Assembly: GCA_963737265.1 (NCBI GenBank)
Contig: CAVTRY010000022.1
Location: forward strand, 64,001-128,000
Direction: 5' to 3'
Length of the DNA: 64,000 nucleotides
Source of the DNA: an uncultured delta proteobacterium
GTDB lineage: Bacteria; Myxococcota_A; Polyangia; Fen-1088
Translations under genes and position numbers: made by a program
In this document: positions 37,737 through 46,961 of the stretch, piece after piece
Position numbering within the stretch: the first letter of the stretch is position 1
Layout of the letters: each line of letters begins with the position of its first letter
The notes under the pieces: model-generated
The model's input: only the letters and a program-made list of their open reading frames with translations
The model's database searches: none
What the model was told of the DNA's origin: nothing

Positions 37737-38576
37737 TTACATGCCGAAAAGCTCTAGCACCTTGCCGAAGCGCCCGCTGACGGCTTGGCAAACGCGCTGC
37801 TCTAGCTCGGTATCCACCCCCAGTTTGTGGAACGACGCCGAGTGATCCTCGGGATAGGGCGGCGTCTGAGTCACGGGCTCGATGGTCTTGGCCAGCACGT
37901 CGGCCACGCACACGACATGACAGACCAGCGGGTGCTCTTCCGTCGGCGTGTGGTGGTACTGGACGCCGAGGGCGATGATATTGGGCAAGCCCCAGTGGCG
38001 CGCGATGAGCCCGCCGAGCTCGGCGTGGTTCACTTCCAAGATCTCCATCTCGGCTTGCAGAGGATTGCAGTGACCTTCTTCCTGGGCGCGCTGCAAGTAC
38101 GACAGCAGGTCGGGATCGAGGAAACGCGCGAGCACCAGTTTGCCGATGTCGTGCAGAAGCGCTGCCGCGTAGGCTTCGGGCGGGATCCGCGCCTTGCCCA
38201 TGGCGCCCAGCGACTCTGCCACGAGCGCGGCCGCCACCGAATGGCGCCAAAGCACGTTTTCCGCCAAGCCGAATTCCGGCACAGCCTGTTGTAGATTCTG
38301 CCGAACCTTGGGCCCGAACCCAAGCGTAAGCATGGTGCTGCGGCCGAGCCGAACCACGGCGTCTTTGACCGTCGTGATGGGCGAGCGCGCCGCGCTGGCG
38401 GCGGAGTTGGCCGCGCGCAGGGCCCGTCCGGTCAGGGCCTGATCGAGGCTGACGACCTCGGTGATGCTTTCGAGGGTGGAATCGGGGTCGGCGACGAGAC
38501 TGGCCAGTTTCGTCCCGCTCATGGGTATCGGCTCGAGATCGTAGGCCTTGGCAATGAGCTGGTGTAGGTCGAGCAC
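37737..38576 (-). CDS. HDOD-domain protein
   Basis: 'DQALTGRALRAANSA', 'WRHS', 'AALLHDIGKLVL', 'HAELGGLIARHWGLP', 'YHH'. Confidence 0.9.
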   Translation of the reverse strand: MLDLHQLIAKAYDLEPIPMSGTKLASLVADPDSTLESITEVVSLDQALTGRALRAANSAASAARSPITTVKDAVVRLGRSTMLTLGFGPKVRQNLQQAVPEFGLAENVLWRHSVAAALVAESLGAMGKARIPPEAYAAALLHDIGKLVLARFLDPDLLSYLQRAQEEGHCNPLQAEMEILEVNHAELGGLIARHWGLPNIIALGVQYHHTPTEEHPLVCHVVCVADVLAKTIEPVTQTPPYPEDHSASFHKLGVDTELEQRVCQAVSGRFGKVLELFGM

Positions 38577-38599
38577 GATGGTCCTCGCGGGCCCAAATT

Positions 38600-39895
38600 C
38601 TAGGGCAGTGGTTCCTCACATTCGGTACGCACCAGATCATCGACGGTTTCGCGCCGGGAAATAAGGGTGGCCTGGCCGCCATCCCACAGAATCTGCGGCG
38701 CGCGACCCTGCGAGACATAGTTCGAGCTCATGGACGCGCCGTAAGCGCCAGCATCGTGGAGCACCAGCAGGTCGCCCGGCTCCGGGCACGGCAGCATGCG
38801 GGGGTCGAGAAGCTCGTGCTCGTCGCGCGTGAACACATCGCCGCTTTCGCACAGCGGGCCGGCGACAATCAGCGGCTCGGGATTGCGCTCGGCGCCCTGG
38901 CCGACGATGGAGATGTGGTGGTAAGCGCCGTACATCGCCGGACGCACGAGGTCGCAGAAACCGGCGTCGACCATGACGAAGCGATGGCCCGGGCCTTTTT
39001 CGTTGCTCTGCGTGCTTTTGATGTCGTGCACCCGGCTCACTAGAATGCCCATGCCGGCGACGGGATAGCGGCCTGGTTCTATTTCCACCCGCACCGGGCG
39101 ACCGCGCAGGGCCGCGAAGCGGAGCGCGGCGTCTGCCAGCACGGGCCTGAGCCAATCGAGGTTGTACGGCTCGCGGCCGGGTCGGTACGGATGGGGGATG
39201 CCGCCGCCAAAGTTGACCGCCTCCACGTCGGGAAAGGCCGGCAAAAGCCCGGCGAAGAAGTCCACCAGCTTGCGCGCGTTGCCGTCGAATTCGCGCGGAT
39301 CGGGTCCGGTGCCGATGTGCGCGTGCAAGGCGACGATCTTGAGGCCAGCCACGGCTACCTGCCTGCTTGCCTCGGCGAGGGTCGGATCCTGGTGCCAAAT
39401 GCCGTGTTTCGACGACGGGCCGCCGGTGTCGCACGACTGCACGTGGCCGTGACCGAAGCCAGGGTTGGCGCGCATGGCGATAGGACCGCGGTAGCCGGCC
39501 TCGGCAAGCTGCCCAATCTGCGCGGGCGATCCCACGTTGGGCATGGCTCCGTTTTCAAGCACGACCCGCAACGCATTGTCGCGGTACACGTCCGCCGTAA
39601 GCATTACAACCGGCGGGTTGGCACCCATCGCGAAGCCCGCGCGTGCCGCGCGCAAAACTTCGTTGCCGCTGACGGCGTCGATCCACAGGCCCGCATCGCG
39701 CACGATGCGCAGAACCTTGTGCGAGGAGTTAGCCTTCATCGCGTAGCGAACCACCAGATTCGGGCCGCTCGCCATCGCGACCAGCCGCTCCAAAGCCGCG
39801 CGCAAAATTCCCGCGTCGTACAGATAAAAGGGCGTGCCGACCTGGGACGCGATTTTGTCGAGCGGCAGTGAGCGCAGATAGGTGTCGAGTGGCAT
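38600..39895 (-). CDS. lysA: Diaminopimelate decarboxylase
   Basis: 'GTPFYLYD', 'YAMKAN', 'HAHIG', 'EPGR', 'GPLCESGD', 'GAYGASMSSNY'. Confidence 0.95.
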   Translation of the reverse strand: MPLDTYLRSLPLDKIASQVGTPFYLYDAGILRAALERLVAMASGPNLVVRYAMKANSSHKVLRIVRDAGLWIDAVSGNEVLRAARAGFAMGANPPVVMLTADVYRDNALRVVLENGAMPNVGSPAQIGQLAEAGYRGPIAMRANPGFGHGHVQSCDTGGPSSKHGIWHQDPTLAEASRQVAVAGLKIVALHAHIGTGPDPREFDGNARKLVDFFAGLLPAFPDVEAVNFGGGIPHPYRPGREPYNLDWLRPVLADAALRFAALRGRPVRVEIEPGRYPVAGMGILVSRVHDIKSTQSNEKGPGHRFVMVDAGFCDLVRPAMYGAYHHISIVGQGAERNPEPLIVAGPLCESGDVFTRDEHELLDPRMLPCPEPGDLLVLHDAGAYGASMSSNYVSQGRAPQILWDGGQATLISRRETVDDLVRTECEEPLP

Positions 39896-40060
39896 CGGAA
39901 GCGGCCATCATAATCGATCGTTGCGCGTCTTGCCTACCGTCGCGCGCCAAGCGCAGCTGCAACCTCCAGGCCCATGCCCGGGGCGCGAGAAAACCTTGTG
40001 AGAAACTTGGCTAACTGCTTTCAGCCCGGACAGCGGAAACTGCTATGCTTCGCCGCCAAG

Positions 40061-40810
40061 ATGACTGCAACGAAGCACGATCGAACAGCATGGTTCAAAG
40101 GTGGTTCCGCCAACTGCCAGGTAACGCTGGCCCCAGGCGCGCGCGCGTTCAGATTGGTACTGCTGGGCGCCCCCGGCGTCGGCAAGGGAACGCAAGCCGA
40201 GCTCATCAGCGAACGCCTTGGCCCCTGCCACCTGTCGACCGGCGACGTGTTTCGCGCGGCCAAGACGCTGGACCCGAGCGAACGGACGCCCGCGCTCACG
40301 GCGGCCCTCGACTTCATGAAGCGCGGCGCGCTTGTGCCCGACGAAACCGTGATCGGGATCGTGCGCGAGCGTCCCAATTGCCTGCGCTGTCCCGGCGGAT
40401 TCCTGCTCGACGGCTTCCCGCGCACGGTGCACCAGGCCGAGGCCTTGGACGACATGCTCAAGGATCTCACCATGAAGCTGGATGCGGTGCTCAGCTACGA
40501 TTTGCCTATCGATCAAATCGTGTCGCGTCTGTCGGGCCGTCGCACCTGCGGCGGCTGCAAGGCCGTGTACCACGTGACCACCAAGCCGCCCAAGGTGGCC
40601 GACGTGTGCGATCAGTGCGGCGGCAAGCTGATCCTGCGCGAAGACGACCGGCCCGAGGCGATTCGCGTGCGTATGGAGGCCTACGAGAAAAGCACCGCGC
40701 CCCTGGCCGACTACTACCGTCAGCGCGGCCTGCTGGTTTCCATCCCGGCCGAAGGCTCGCCCGAGGACATCTATAAGCGCACCGCGGCGGCGCTGGCCGC
40801 ACGCCCGTAG
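40061..40810 (+). CDS. adk: Adenylate kinase with Zn-lid
   Basis: 'LLGAPGVGKGTQA', 'LSTGDVFR', 'LDGFPR', CxxC...CxxC lid, 'REDD'. Confidence 0.95.
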   Translation: MTATKHDRTAWFKGGSANCQVTLAPGARAFRLVLLGAPGVGKGTQAELISERLGPCHLSTGDVFRAAKTLDPSERTPALTAALDFMKRGALVPDETVIGIVRERPNCLRCPGGFLLDGFPRTVHQAEALDDMLKDLTMKLDAVLSYDLPIDQIVSRLSGRRTCGGCKAVYHVTTKPPKVADVCDQCGGKLILREDDRPEAIRVRMEAYEKSTAPLADYYRQRGLLVSIPAEGSPEDIYKRTAAALAARP

Positions 40811-41081
40811 CGCGCTCGGTCCGGGTCAAGATCGGCAAATTCGGTCTATTTGACTCGGCAATTGGTCGGCGCTGTTATCCGCCCGCGCATTGCGGGATCT
40901 GCACGAATCGCGCAGGATCGCTCGGCGTTTGTCGATTGCTCGACGCCTTCGTCGTGCTATGACTAAAGTGTCTTTTAGGATGCTAAATTCCGTCATTCGT
41001 AAACCAGACTAGGCGACTCATCTTTCAGTAGCCCTGCCGCAGCAAGCGTTCTACCCTCCGGACGAAGATCGGAGCCCCGCC

Positions 41082-42593
41082 ATGGCGATTTTCCCCAAGT
41101 CCTTTCCCTCTTCCCTGGCCCGATTGGCCAGTGACGCTCGTAACCCGCTGACCGTGGTCGGCTTCGGTCTCACCACGCTGTCAGGAATCGCGCTCGTCGT
41201 GTTCCTGATTCTTGAATCGATCGGCGTCATCGACAACCCGTACGTAGGCTTGCTCGGTCTGGCATTTCTCCCAGTCGTGTTCGTCACCGGTCTCGTTAGC
41301 ATGCCGGTTGGCATCCTGTTCCGCCGGCGCAGGCAGCGAAAGAGCGGCGCCTCGCCCGAAGAGAGCCCGGCCTACCCGAAGCTGGATTTCAACGATCCCC
41401 ACATTCGGCGAGTAGCGCTGGTCATCCTGTTTCTGACCGTGGTGAATGCGATCGTGCTATCGACCAGTACGGCGGCGGCGCTCAGTTTCATGGACTCGCC
41501 GAAGTTCTGCGGCACCGTCTGCCACACCGTGATGCGGCCCGAATACACCGCCTATCAGAATTCCCCCCACTCGCGGGTCAAGTGCGTCCAGTGCCACATC
41601 GGCCCGGGAGCCTCGTTCGCCGTGCGCTCGAAATTCGACGGCTTACGGCAGGTGTGGAAGGTTCTGCTCGGAAATTACGCGCGGCCGATCGCCTCGCCCG
41701 TTCACACGCTGCGCCCCGCGCGCGACACCTGCGAGGGCTGTCACTGGCCCGCCAAGCACTACGGCGACAAGCTGCGCCTCATCGCCCGATTCGCCGAAGA
41801 CGAAAAGAACACCGCCAGCTTCACCGCCCTGCTGCTGAAAACCGGCGGCGGCGCGGTCAACGCCGGACAGCAGCACGGCGGCATCCACTGGTGGCACATC
41901 TACGCCGATAATCGCATCCGCTACCTCGCCACCGACGCCCGCCGCCAGGAAATGGCGTGGGTCGAGCTGACCACGCCGGACGGCAAGCGGACAGAATTTG
42001 TCCGAGATGGCGTACAGGCGCCTTCGCCCGACAGCATTCGCACCTCGGCGCGGCTGATGGACTGCATCGACTGTCACAACCGGCCGACCCACCTGTTCGA
42101 AACGCCCGCCAAGGAGGTCGATTCGGTTTTGCAGCGGCAAGCGGAGCTGCGCGCCCTGCCGTTCTTCAAACGCGAGGCGGTCAAGGCTGCATCCGTCGCC
42201 TACACCACCCACGATCAGGGCGTCGCGGCCGTGCGAACCGCTCTCACCAACTTCTATGCCTCCACCTACCCCAAGCTTGTCGCAGACCAGGGCACTCTGG
42301 TGGCGCGCGGGGCCGAGGAAGCCGCGCGCGTCTACGACCGGACGGTGTTCCCCGAAATGAACACCAGCGCCAAGACTCACCCGACCAACATCGGCCACGA
42401 CGATTCCCCTGGCTGCTTTCGCTGCCACGACGGCAACATGAAAGATGCCAAGAGCGGGCAGGTGATCCCCAACGACTGCGACACGTGCCACGGCATTCTG
42501 GTCGACAGCAGCCCGACCGAGCCGGATCTGACCAAGCTTTCGATGTTGCAGCCCCCGGCCGAGCCGGCACCTGTGCCTGAAGCCAAACCGTGA
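41082..42593 (+). CDS. NapC/NirT-type membrane multiheme cytochrome c (6 heme motifs)
   Basis: Three TM helices; CGTVCH, CVQCH, CEGCH, CIDCH, CFRCH, CDTCH. Confidence 0.88.
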   Translation: MAIFPKSFPSSLARLASDARNPLTVVGFGLTTLSGIALVVFLILESIGVIDNPYVGLLGLAFLPVVFVTGLVSMPVGILFRRRRQRKSGASPEESPAYPKLDFNDPHIRRVALVILFLTVVNAIVLSTSTAAALSFMDSPKFCGTVCHTVMRPEYTAYQNSPHSRVKCVQCHIGPGASFAVRSKFDGLRQVWKVLLGNYARPIASPVHTLRPARDTCEGCHWPAKHYGDKLRLIARFAEDEKNTASFTALLLKTGGGAVNAGQQHGGIHWWHIYADNRIRYLATDARRQEMAWVELTTPDGKRTEFVRDGVQAPSPDSIRTSARLMDCIDCHNRPTHLFETPAKEVDSVLQRQAELRALPFFKREAVKAASVAYTTHDQGVAAVRTALTNFYASTYPKLVADQGTLVARGAEEAARVYDRTVFPEMNTSAKTHPTNIGHDDSPGCFRCHDGNMKDAKSGQVIPNDCDTCHGILVDSSPTEPDLTKLSMLQPPAEPAPVPEAKP

Positions 42594-42646
42594 CTTGCGT
42601 CTAAAGAGACTTTTGCGGCTTGACCCGCTTCGAGCCAAGTCTCGGC

Positions 42647-43945
42647 TCAGCGGGATTCCGGCTCGTACAAGGCCAGGCCGCCTTCTGTTCCCACCCACAA
42701 GCCCGCGGCGCTGCTGGCGATTGCGTGGACGCAGGGATGGGGCAACGCCGGCAAGGCATGCGCGCCAGTTGCATCGAGGCTGGTGGCGCCGGACTGCGTG
42801 CCGACCCAAAGACCGCGCTCGCCGCGGCGGACGCGCAATAGCCAAGGATCCGAGATTTCTGCGACCGGTGTGCCTTTGCCGTGTTGGTCCACACGGACGA
42901 GGCCGTGGCGGAGGGTAGCGCCATAGACGCTGCCGTCTGGCAACGCCGCCACGTCGACCATCCAGCTCGTGGGCAGGCCGGCGGCTCTGTCGAAGATGTC
43001 GAATTTGCGGCCGTGCATGCGCAGGAGGCCCCGATCTTCGCTGGCCAGCCATACCTGGCCGTTCGCCACGTCGACCGCCTGCAAGGAATGGGTTCCGCCG
43101 GGCTGCCAGTACCCGCGCGGCAACCCGCGACGGCCGAGCGGGATCTTCCACAGTACGGCGGGGCTGGTGGCCCACAGGGTGTCGCCGTCCACGGCCAGGT
43201 CGTTGATGGCGCGGGTGTCGAAGAGAAAGACCGACTCGAAATGGCGGCCGTCGCGGGTGCGAAACAGTCCGGATGCGGTGGCCGCGAAAAGGCCGTGCGT
43301 GGTGCTGGCCAAGGCATTCACCATGCGAAAGGGTGCGGACACGTTGAAGAACGCCCGGCCGTCGAAGCGACAGAGTCCTTCGTCGAAGGTGCCGAGCCAC
43401 GTTTGATTAGCGAATTCCGCGATGGCCGTAACGTGGTTACCGCACAGTTGCTCTTCCGGAGTCAGGCGGCGGGCGCGGGCGCCGGCGAGCCACACGCCCT
43501 GTCCCGCGGTACCGACCAAGCGGCGTGGTCCAAGCTGCAGCTCGGCGGTGATGCGGGCGCCTTGGAACAACCGTGGCATCGCGGGCGCCGCAGGCTCGAT
43601 GGCAGCGCCAGGCGCGCATTGAAAAGAACCATTCCGTAGCATGCAGCGTGCGTCCGCCAGCACGGCCACGACCGCGCCCTCGACGACCCGCACGTCGTGG
43701 ATGGCGGTGGTGGGCAAACCATCGTTGGTCGTGTAGACGCGGCGGCGTTGCCATGTGCGTAGGTCATATTCCTCGACTCCGCCCCGGGTGGCCACCCACA
43801 ACGCCGACGTCGTGGCGGCCAGACCCTCGACGTATTCCGTGTTGGTAAAGACGGTGGGTTTGGCAGATGCCGCGTCGGCGCCCCACGCGCTCTGGGAGGA
43901 GACCGCCGCTGCAAGCAGCACGCTGAGGCGAAAGAGCAACATCAC
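42647..43945 (-). CDS. Exported beta-propeller protein
   Basis: Signal peptide; repeated 'LWVATRGG', 'WLGTFDEGL', 'LWVGTEGGL' blades. Confidence 0.78.
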   Translation of the reverse strand: MMLLFRLSVLLAAAVSSQSAWGADAASAKPTVFTNTEYVEGLAATTSALWVATRGGVEEYDLRTWQRRRVYTTNDGLPTTAIHDVRVVEGAVVAVLADARCMLRNGSFQCAPGAAIEPAAPAMPRLFQGARITAELQLGPRRLVGTAGQGVWLAGARARRLTPEEQLCGNHVTAIAEFANQTWLGTFDEGLCRFDGRAFFNVSAPFRMVNALASTTHGLFAATASGLFRTRDGRHFESVFLFDTRAINDLAVDGDTLWATSPAVLWKIPLGRRGLPRGYWQPGGTHSLQAVDVANGQVWLASEDRGLLRMHGRKFDIFDRAAGLPTSWMVDVAALPDGSVYGATLRHGLVRVDQHGKGTPVAEISDPWLLRVRRGERGLWVGTQSGATSLDATGAHALPALPHPCVHAIASSAAGLWVGTEGGLALYEPESR

Positions 43946-46368
43946 TGCACCTTCACCGCGACCAGCTCGTCGGCTTCGTTGCGGGCCTCGTCGGCGGCGA
44001 CCACGCGCAGCTGGTAGGTTCCAGCAGACAGTCCAAGCGTGCCAGTAAAGACGCGGCCGTCGGCGCTTCGGTCGAGGTAGATGCGCACAGCCGGCTGGTC
44101 GGCGCGAACAACGGCCACCTCGCGCAGCGGCTCCCTGCTCACCACCTCGACGGTGACGCCACCGGCGGTTGGGCTGGCATGGGTTTCGAAGTCGGGTGCC
44201 TGGCTGTCGATGCGGTAGCTGGCCATGCGTCGCTCCACGGTTCCGTCCTTGAGAAGAATCACCACCGGCACCTGGTAGTCGCCATCAGCTACCGTGTTCG
44301 GCACCAGGAATCGCGTCTGCCACAGCTCGCGTGCGGGATCGTAGGTCAGATCCTTGACTAGGCCGAAGGGAAAGTACGCCGTCACCTTGAGCGCGTCGCC
44401 GGGAGCGGTCGCGGTGAGCAGTGGATCGCCTGGCGGCATCGATGAACGCGAGAGTTGCACTTCGGAGCCCACAGCTAGGTTCGACACGCCTTCGGGCAAA
44501 GGCAGAGGCTGGTTGCTGGTTGCGAGATAGCCGGTGGTGTTGGCCACGACGTGATCGATGGCGACAAACGACGTTTCTCGGGTCAAAAGGCCGTAGCGCA
44601 CACCGAGCGCGCCAAGCTTTTCGGCCAGCCCGTCGTTCGGGCCGAACGCGAGCTCGTCCTCGATCCACTCGGCCTGCTTGCGCGCCCACAGCTTCACTAG
44701 GGCGGCGTTATCGTTGTGGGCCAGCTCCGGCTTGACCGCGACCGTGCTCTGCCAAGGACCCGCGCCGTTTCGCCCCTTCACCGTGATGCTGCCCACGGGC
44801 TGGCCACGGTATTTGCCGAACACAATCAAGGGCCGGCTAGCCATGAGGTCGGGGATTGCCGACGGCAACACCTCGTAGGCGTCGAAGCCGCGGAACGCAA
44901 CCTGGATGTTCGTCAGCACCGGGCTTTCGATGTACTTGCGGAAGCGCTCGGCCACCGCAGCGGCTTGGTCGGGCTTGCTGACCACGAAGGGCTCGCCGAA
45001 TCCGGCGCGGGACATGCCTTCCATGAGCGCGCGATTGACCGAGCTGCCGATGCCGAAGGCGAAAAGATTGGCGTCGGCTAGGTGTTCGCGCACGAAACCA
45101 AAGGCTTGGGTCTCGACGCCCACGTAGCCATCGGTGACCAGCACGACCGAACGGGAAAACGCCGCGCTCGTGCGCGGCACGGCGTAGGCTGCCTGCAAAC
45201 CACCCATCAGCTCGGTACCGCCGCCGCCCTGCTGGCGCGCGAGCAGGGCCAACATCTCGTCGAGATTCTCCTGCGTCGCAGGCACCGACCTCGGCCACAG
45301 GGTTTTCGACGCCCCGGCAAAGAGAACGAGGTCGAAGGTATCCGTCGGGCGCAGGCCCTTGGCGAGATCGCGCAGCAACGCCTTCGAGGTTTCGAGGGGA
45401 AAGCCGAACATCGAACCCGACACGTCGACGAGAAAGACATACTCGCGCGGCGGCAAGTCTGCGGCGCTCACCCGCGCTGGCGGCTCCATCATCAGGGCAA
45501 AGTGTCCCTCGCCATTCGCGCCTGGCGCCGTCGGGGGCGACAGCAGCAGACCGGTCTGCACCTCGCCGCCTGCTAGTTTGTAGCGCAGGATGAAGTCTTT
45601 GGTGCCTCCGCCGGGATTCTTGAGTCGCACGTCGGCGTCGCTTGGTCCTGACCTGCTCACGACGATCTCGTGCGAGGGCGACGAGATCTCCTGAAGCGCG
45701 ACGCCGGTGCGCAAATGCGCGGTCACGCTGTAGGCGTAGGTTTCCGGGGTGCCTTCCTTTAGGTACGGCGTGGCCATCCAGCCGTCTTTCTTGGCGTCGG
45801 CCCCGCCGGTGCAGCGCGGACCCACCACCGCCGGCAAGGTCAGCTCGTACATCGACGACTCTGGCACAAGCAACTCGGAATAGTCGAGCTCCACGGCGAT
45901 GTGGTCGCCCGGCATGATGTTGGCCACGCTCATACTGAAGACGTTGGGCCGGTGCTGCTCGAGCAGCGAAGCTCGCTTACCTTCCTTGTTGGCCGCCTCG
46001 TAGTCTTCGCGCGCCTTTTTCTTGCGGTCGATACGTGCCTCAATCACGCGATTACCGATGCGCATGCGCATGCCGTGTACGGCTGCGCGGGTCGAAGCCG
46101 GAAATACATAGACCGCCTCGATGGGCTTACTGGCGTGGTTTTCAAAGACCTGATTCACCTTCACCGCCGCGATAGCGCCGGTGATGCGCAGGTCGGCGGA
46201 AAGGCTCCTAAGCGGCAGGCGATCGGTGTCTGGGTCGCCGCCAGCGACGTAGAAGTAGGGCGAGATCGCTTTCGTGGCGGCGGCGTCTTCACCGGAATCA
46301 CCCGACTGGGCACGGGCGTTGCTTGCGGCGGACAAGCTAATCAGAATGGCCAGACTCTTTTTCAACAT
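43942..46368 (-). CDS. VIT plus VWA domain exported protein
   Basis: VIT 'IEAVYVFP...AAVHGM...ASLLEQHRPNVF'; MIDAS 'DVSGSM', 'GGTE', 'VTDG'; extra C-terminal domain. Confidence 0.9.
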   Translation of the reverse strand: MLKKSLAILISLSAASNARAQSGDSGEDAAATKAISPYFYVAGGDPDTDRLPLRSLSADLRITGAIAAVKVNQVFENHASKPIEAVYVFPASTRAAVHGMRMRIGNRVIEARIDRKKKAREDYEAANKEGKRASLLEQHRPNVFSMSVANIMPGDHIAVELDYSELLVPESSMYELTLPAVVGPRCTGGADAKKDGWMATPYLKEGTPETYAYSVTAHLRTGVALQEISSPSHEIVVSRSGPSDADVRLKNPGGGTKDFILRYKLAGGEVQTGLLLSPPTAPGANGEGHFALMMEPPARVSAADLPPREYVFLVDVSGSMFGFPLETSKALLRDLAKGLRPTDTFDLVLFAGASKTLWPRSVPATQENLDEMLALLARQQGGGGTELMGGLQAAYAVPRTSAAFSRSVVLVTDGYVGVETQAFGFVREHLADANLFAFGIGSSVNRALMEGMSRAGFGEPFVVSKPDQAAAVAERFRKYIESPVLTNIQVAFRGFDAYEVLPSAIPDLMASRPLIVFGKYRGQPVGSITVKGRNGAGPWQSTVAVKPELAHNDNAALVKLWARKQAEWIEDELAFGPNDGLAEKLGALGVRYGLLTRETSFVAIDHVVANTTGYLATSNQPLPLPEGVSNLAVGSEVQLSRSSMPPGDPLLTATAPGDALKVTAYFPFGLVKDLTYDPARELWQTRFLVPNTVADGDYQVPVVILLKDGTVERRMASYRIDSQAPDFETHASPTAGGVTVEVVSREPLREVAVVRADQPAVRIYLDRSADGRVFTGTLGLSAGTYQLRVVAADEARNEADELVAVKVQ

Positions 46369-46396
46369 CGCGGATCCTCCTTGCAGAGTCCGTCAT

Positions 46397-46413
46397 TGCA
46401 GGGGCGATGCCAG
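46397..46413 (-). promoter_or_regulatory. Putative sigma54 promoter of the VIT-VWA operon
   Basis: Minus strand CTGGCATCGCCCCTGCA (GG-N10-GC). Confidence 0.6.
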
Positions 46414-46472
46414 CGCGGGTGTCGGCGGAAAGTCGAGAGATTGGGCCGAGGCGAGTCCGACTCTTGCGATAT

Positions 46473-46502
46473 TCTACGTATAGAAATATAGAAAATATAG
46501 AA
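46473..46502 (-). promoter_or_regulatory. Putative enhancer (UAS) TTCTATAT-N16-CGTAGA
   Basis: AT-rich island; the same motif and spacing occur at 51891-51920. Confidence 0.55.
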
Positions 46503-46517
46503 ATGACTCCAGCTCGG

Positions 46518-46961
46518 CTACGCCACCATCTCGCGAATTTGGCGCGCAATCTCAGGCAGACTGATGCCGCTCGAAAGGATGCGCAACGGCGCGAGCGTGG
46601 TCTCAAGGTAGGCGAGCTGGCCGGAATCGTCGAGGTCGGCGAAGAGCAGAGCGGGCAAGGCGCAGCCGAGGCCGCGCAAGGCACGCAGAATCAGGATGCC
46701 CTGCATCTCGGCCAGCCGCTTGCGTTCGTCGTCGGTCAGCGCGACTTGCGTCTTGCCGTTTTCGTCGACGAGGTCGAAGGTGCTGGTGCGACGAAAGTCG
46801 AGGTCAAGCAGCAGTCCACGACTGCCGTCCAAAAGCTTGAGCCGGACCTCGGCCAGGCAAGCCGCACGCGCAAATTGGATTTCCTGCCCGAGAAAACGAC
46901 GGAATCGCTCGCTGTACTCGTGTCCGTCTTCGATGACGAGGATCCTAGGCAGCAAGGTCAC
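46518..46961 (-). CDS. Atypical single-domain response regulator
   Basis: 'RILVIEDG', 'LLLDLDF', insertion, 'QGILILRALR'; GTGA overlap with the upstream gene. Confidence 0.7.
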   Translation of the reverse strand: MTLLPRILVIEDGHEYSERFRRFLGQEIQFARAACLAEVRLKLLDGSRGLLLDLDFRRTSTFDLVDENGKTQVALTDDERKRLAEMQGILILRALRGLGCALPALLFADLDDSGQLAYLETTLAPLRILSSGISLPEIARQIREMVA

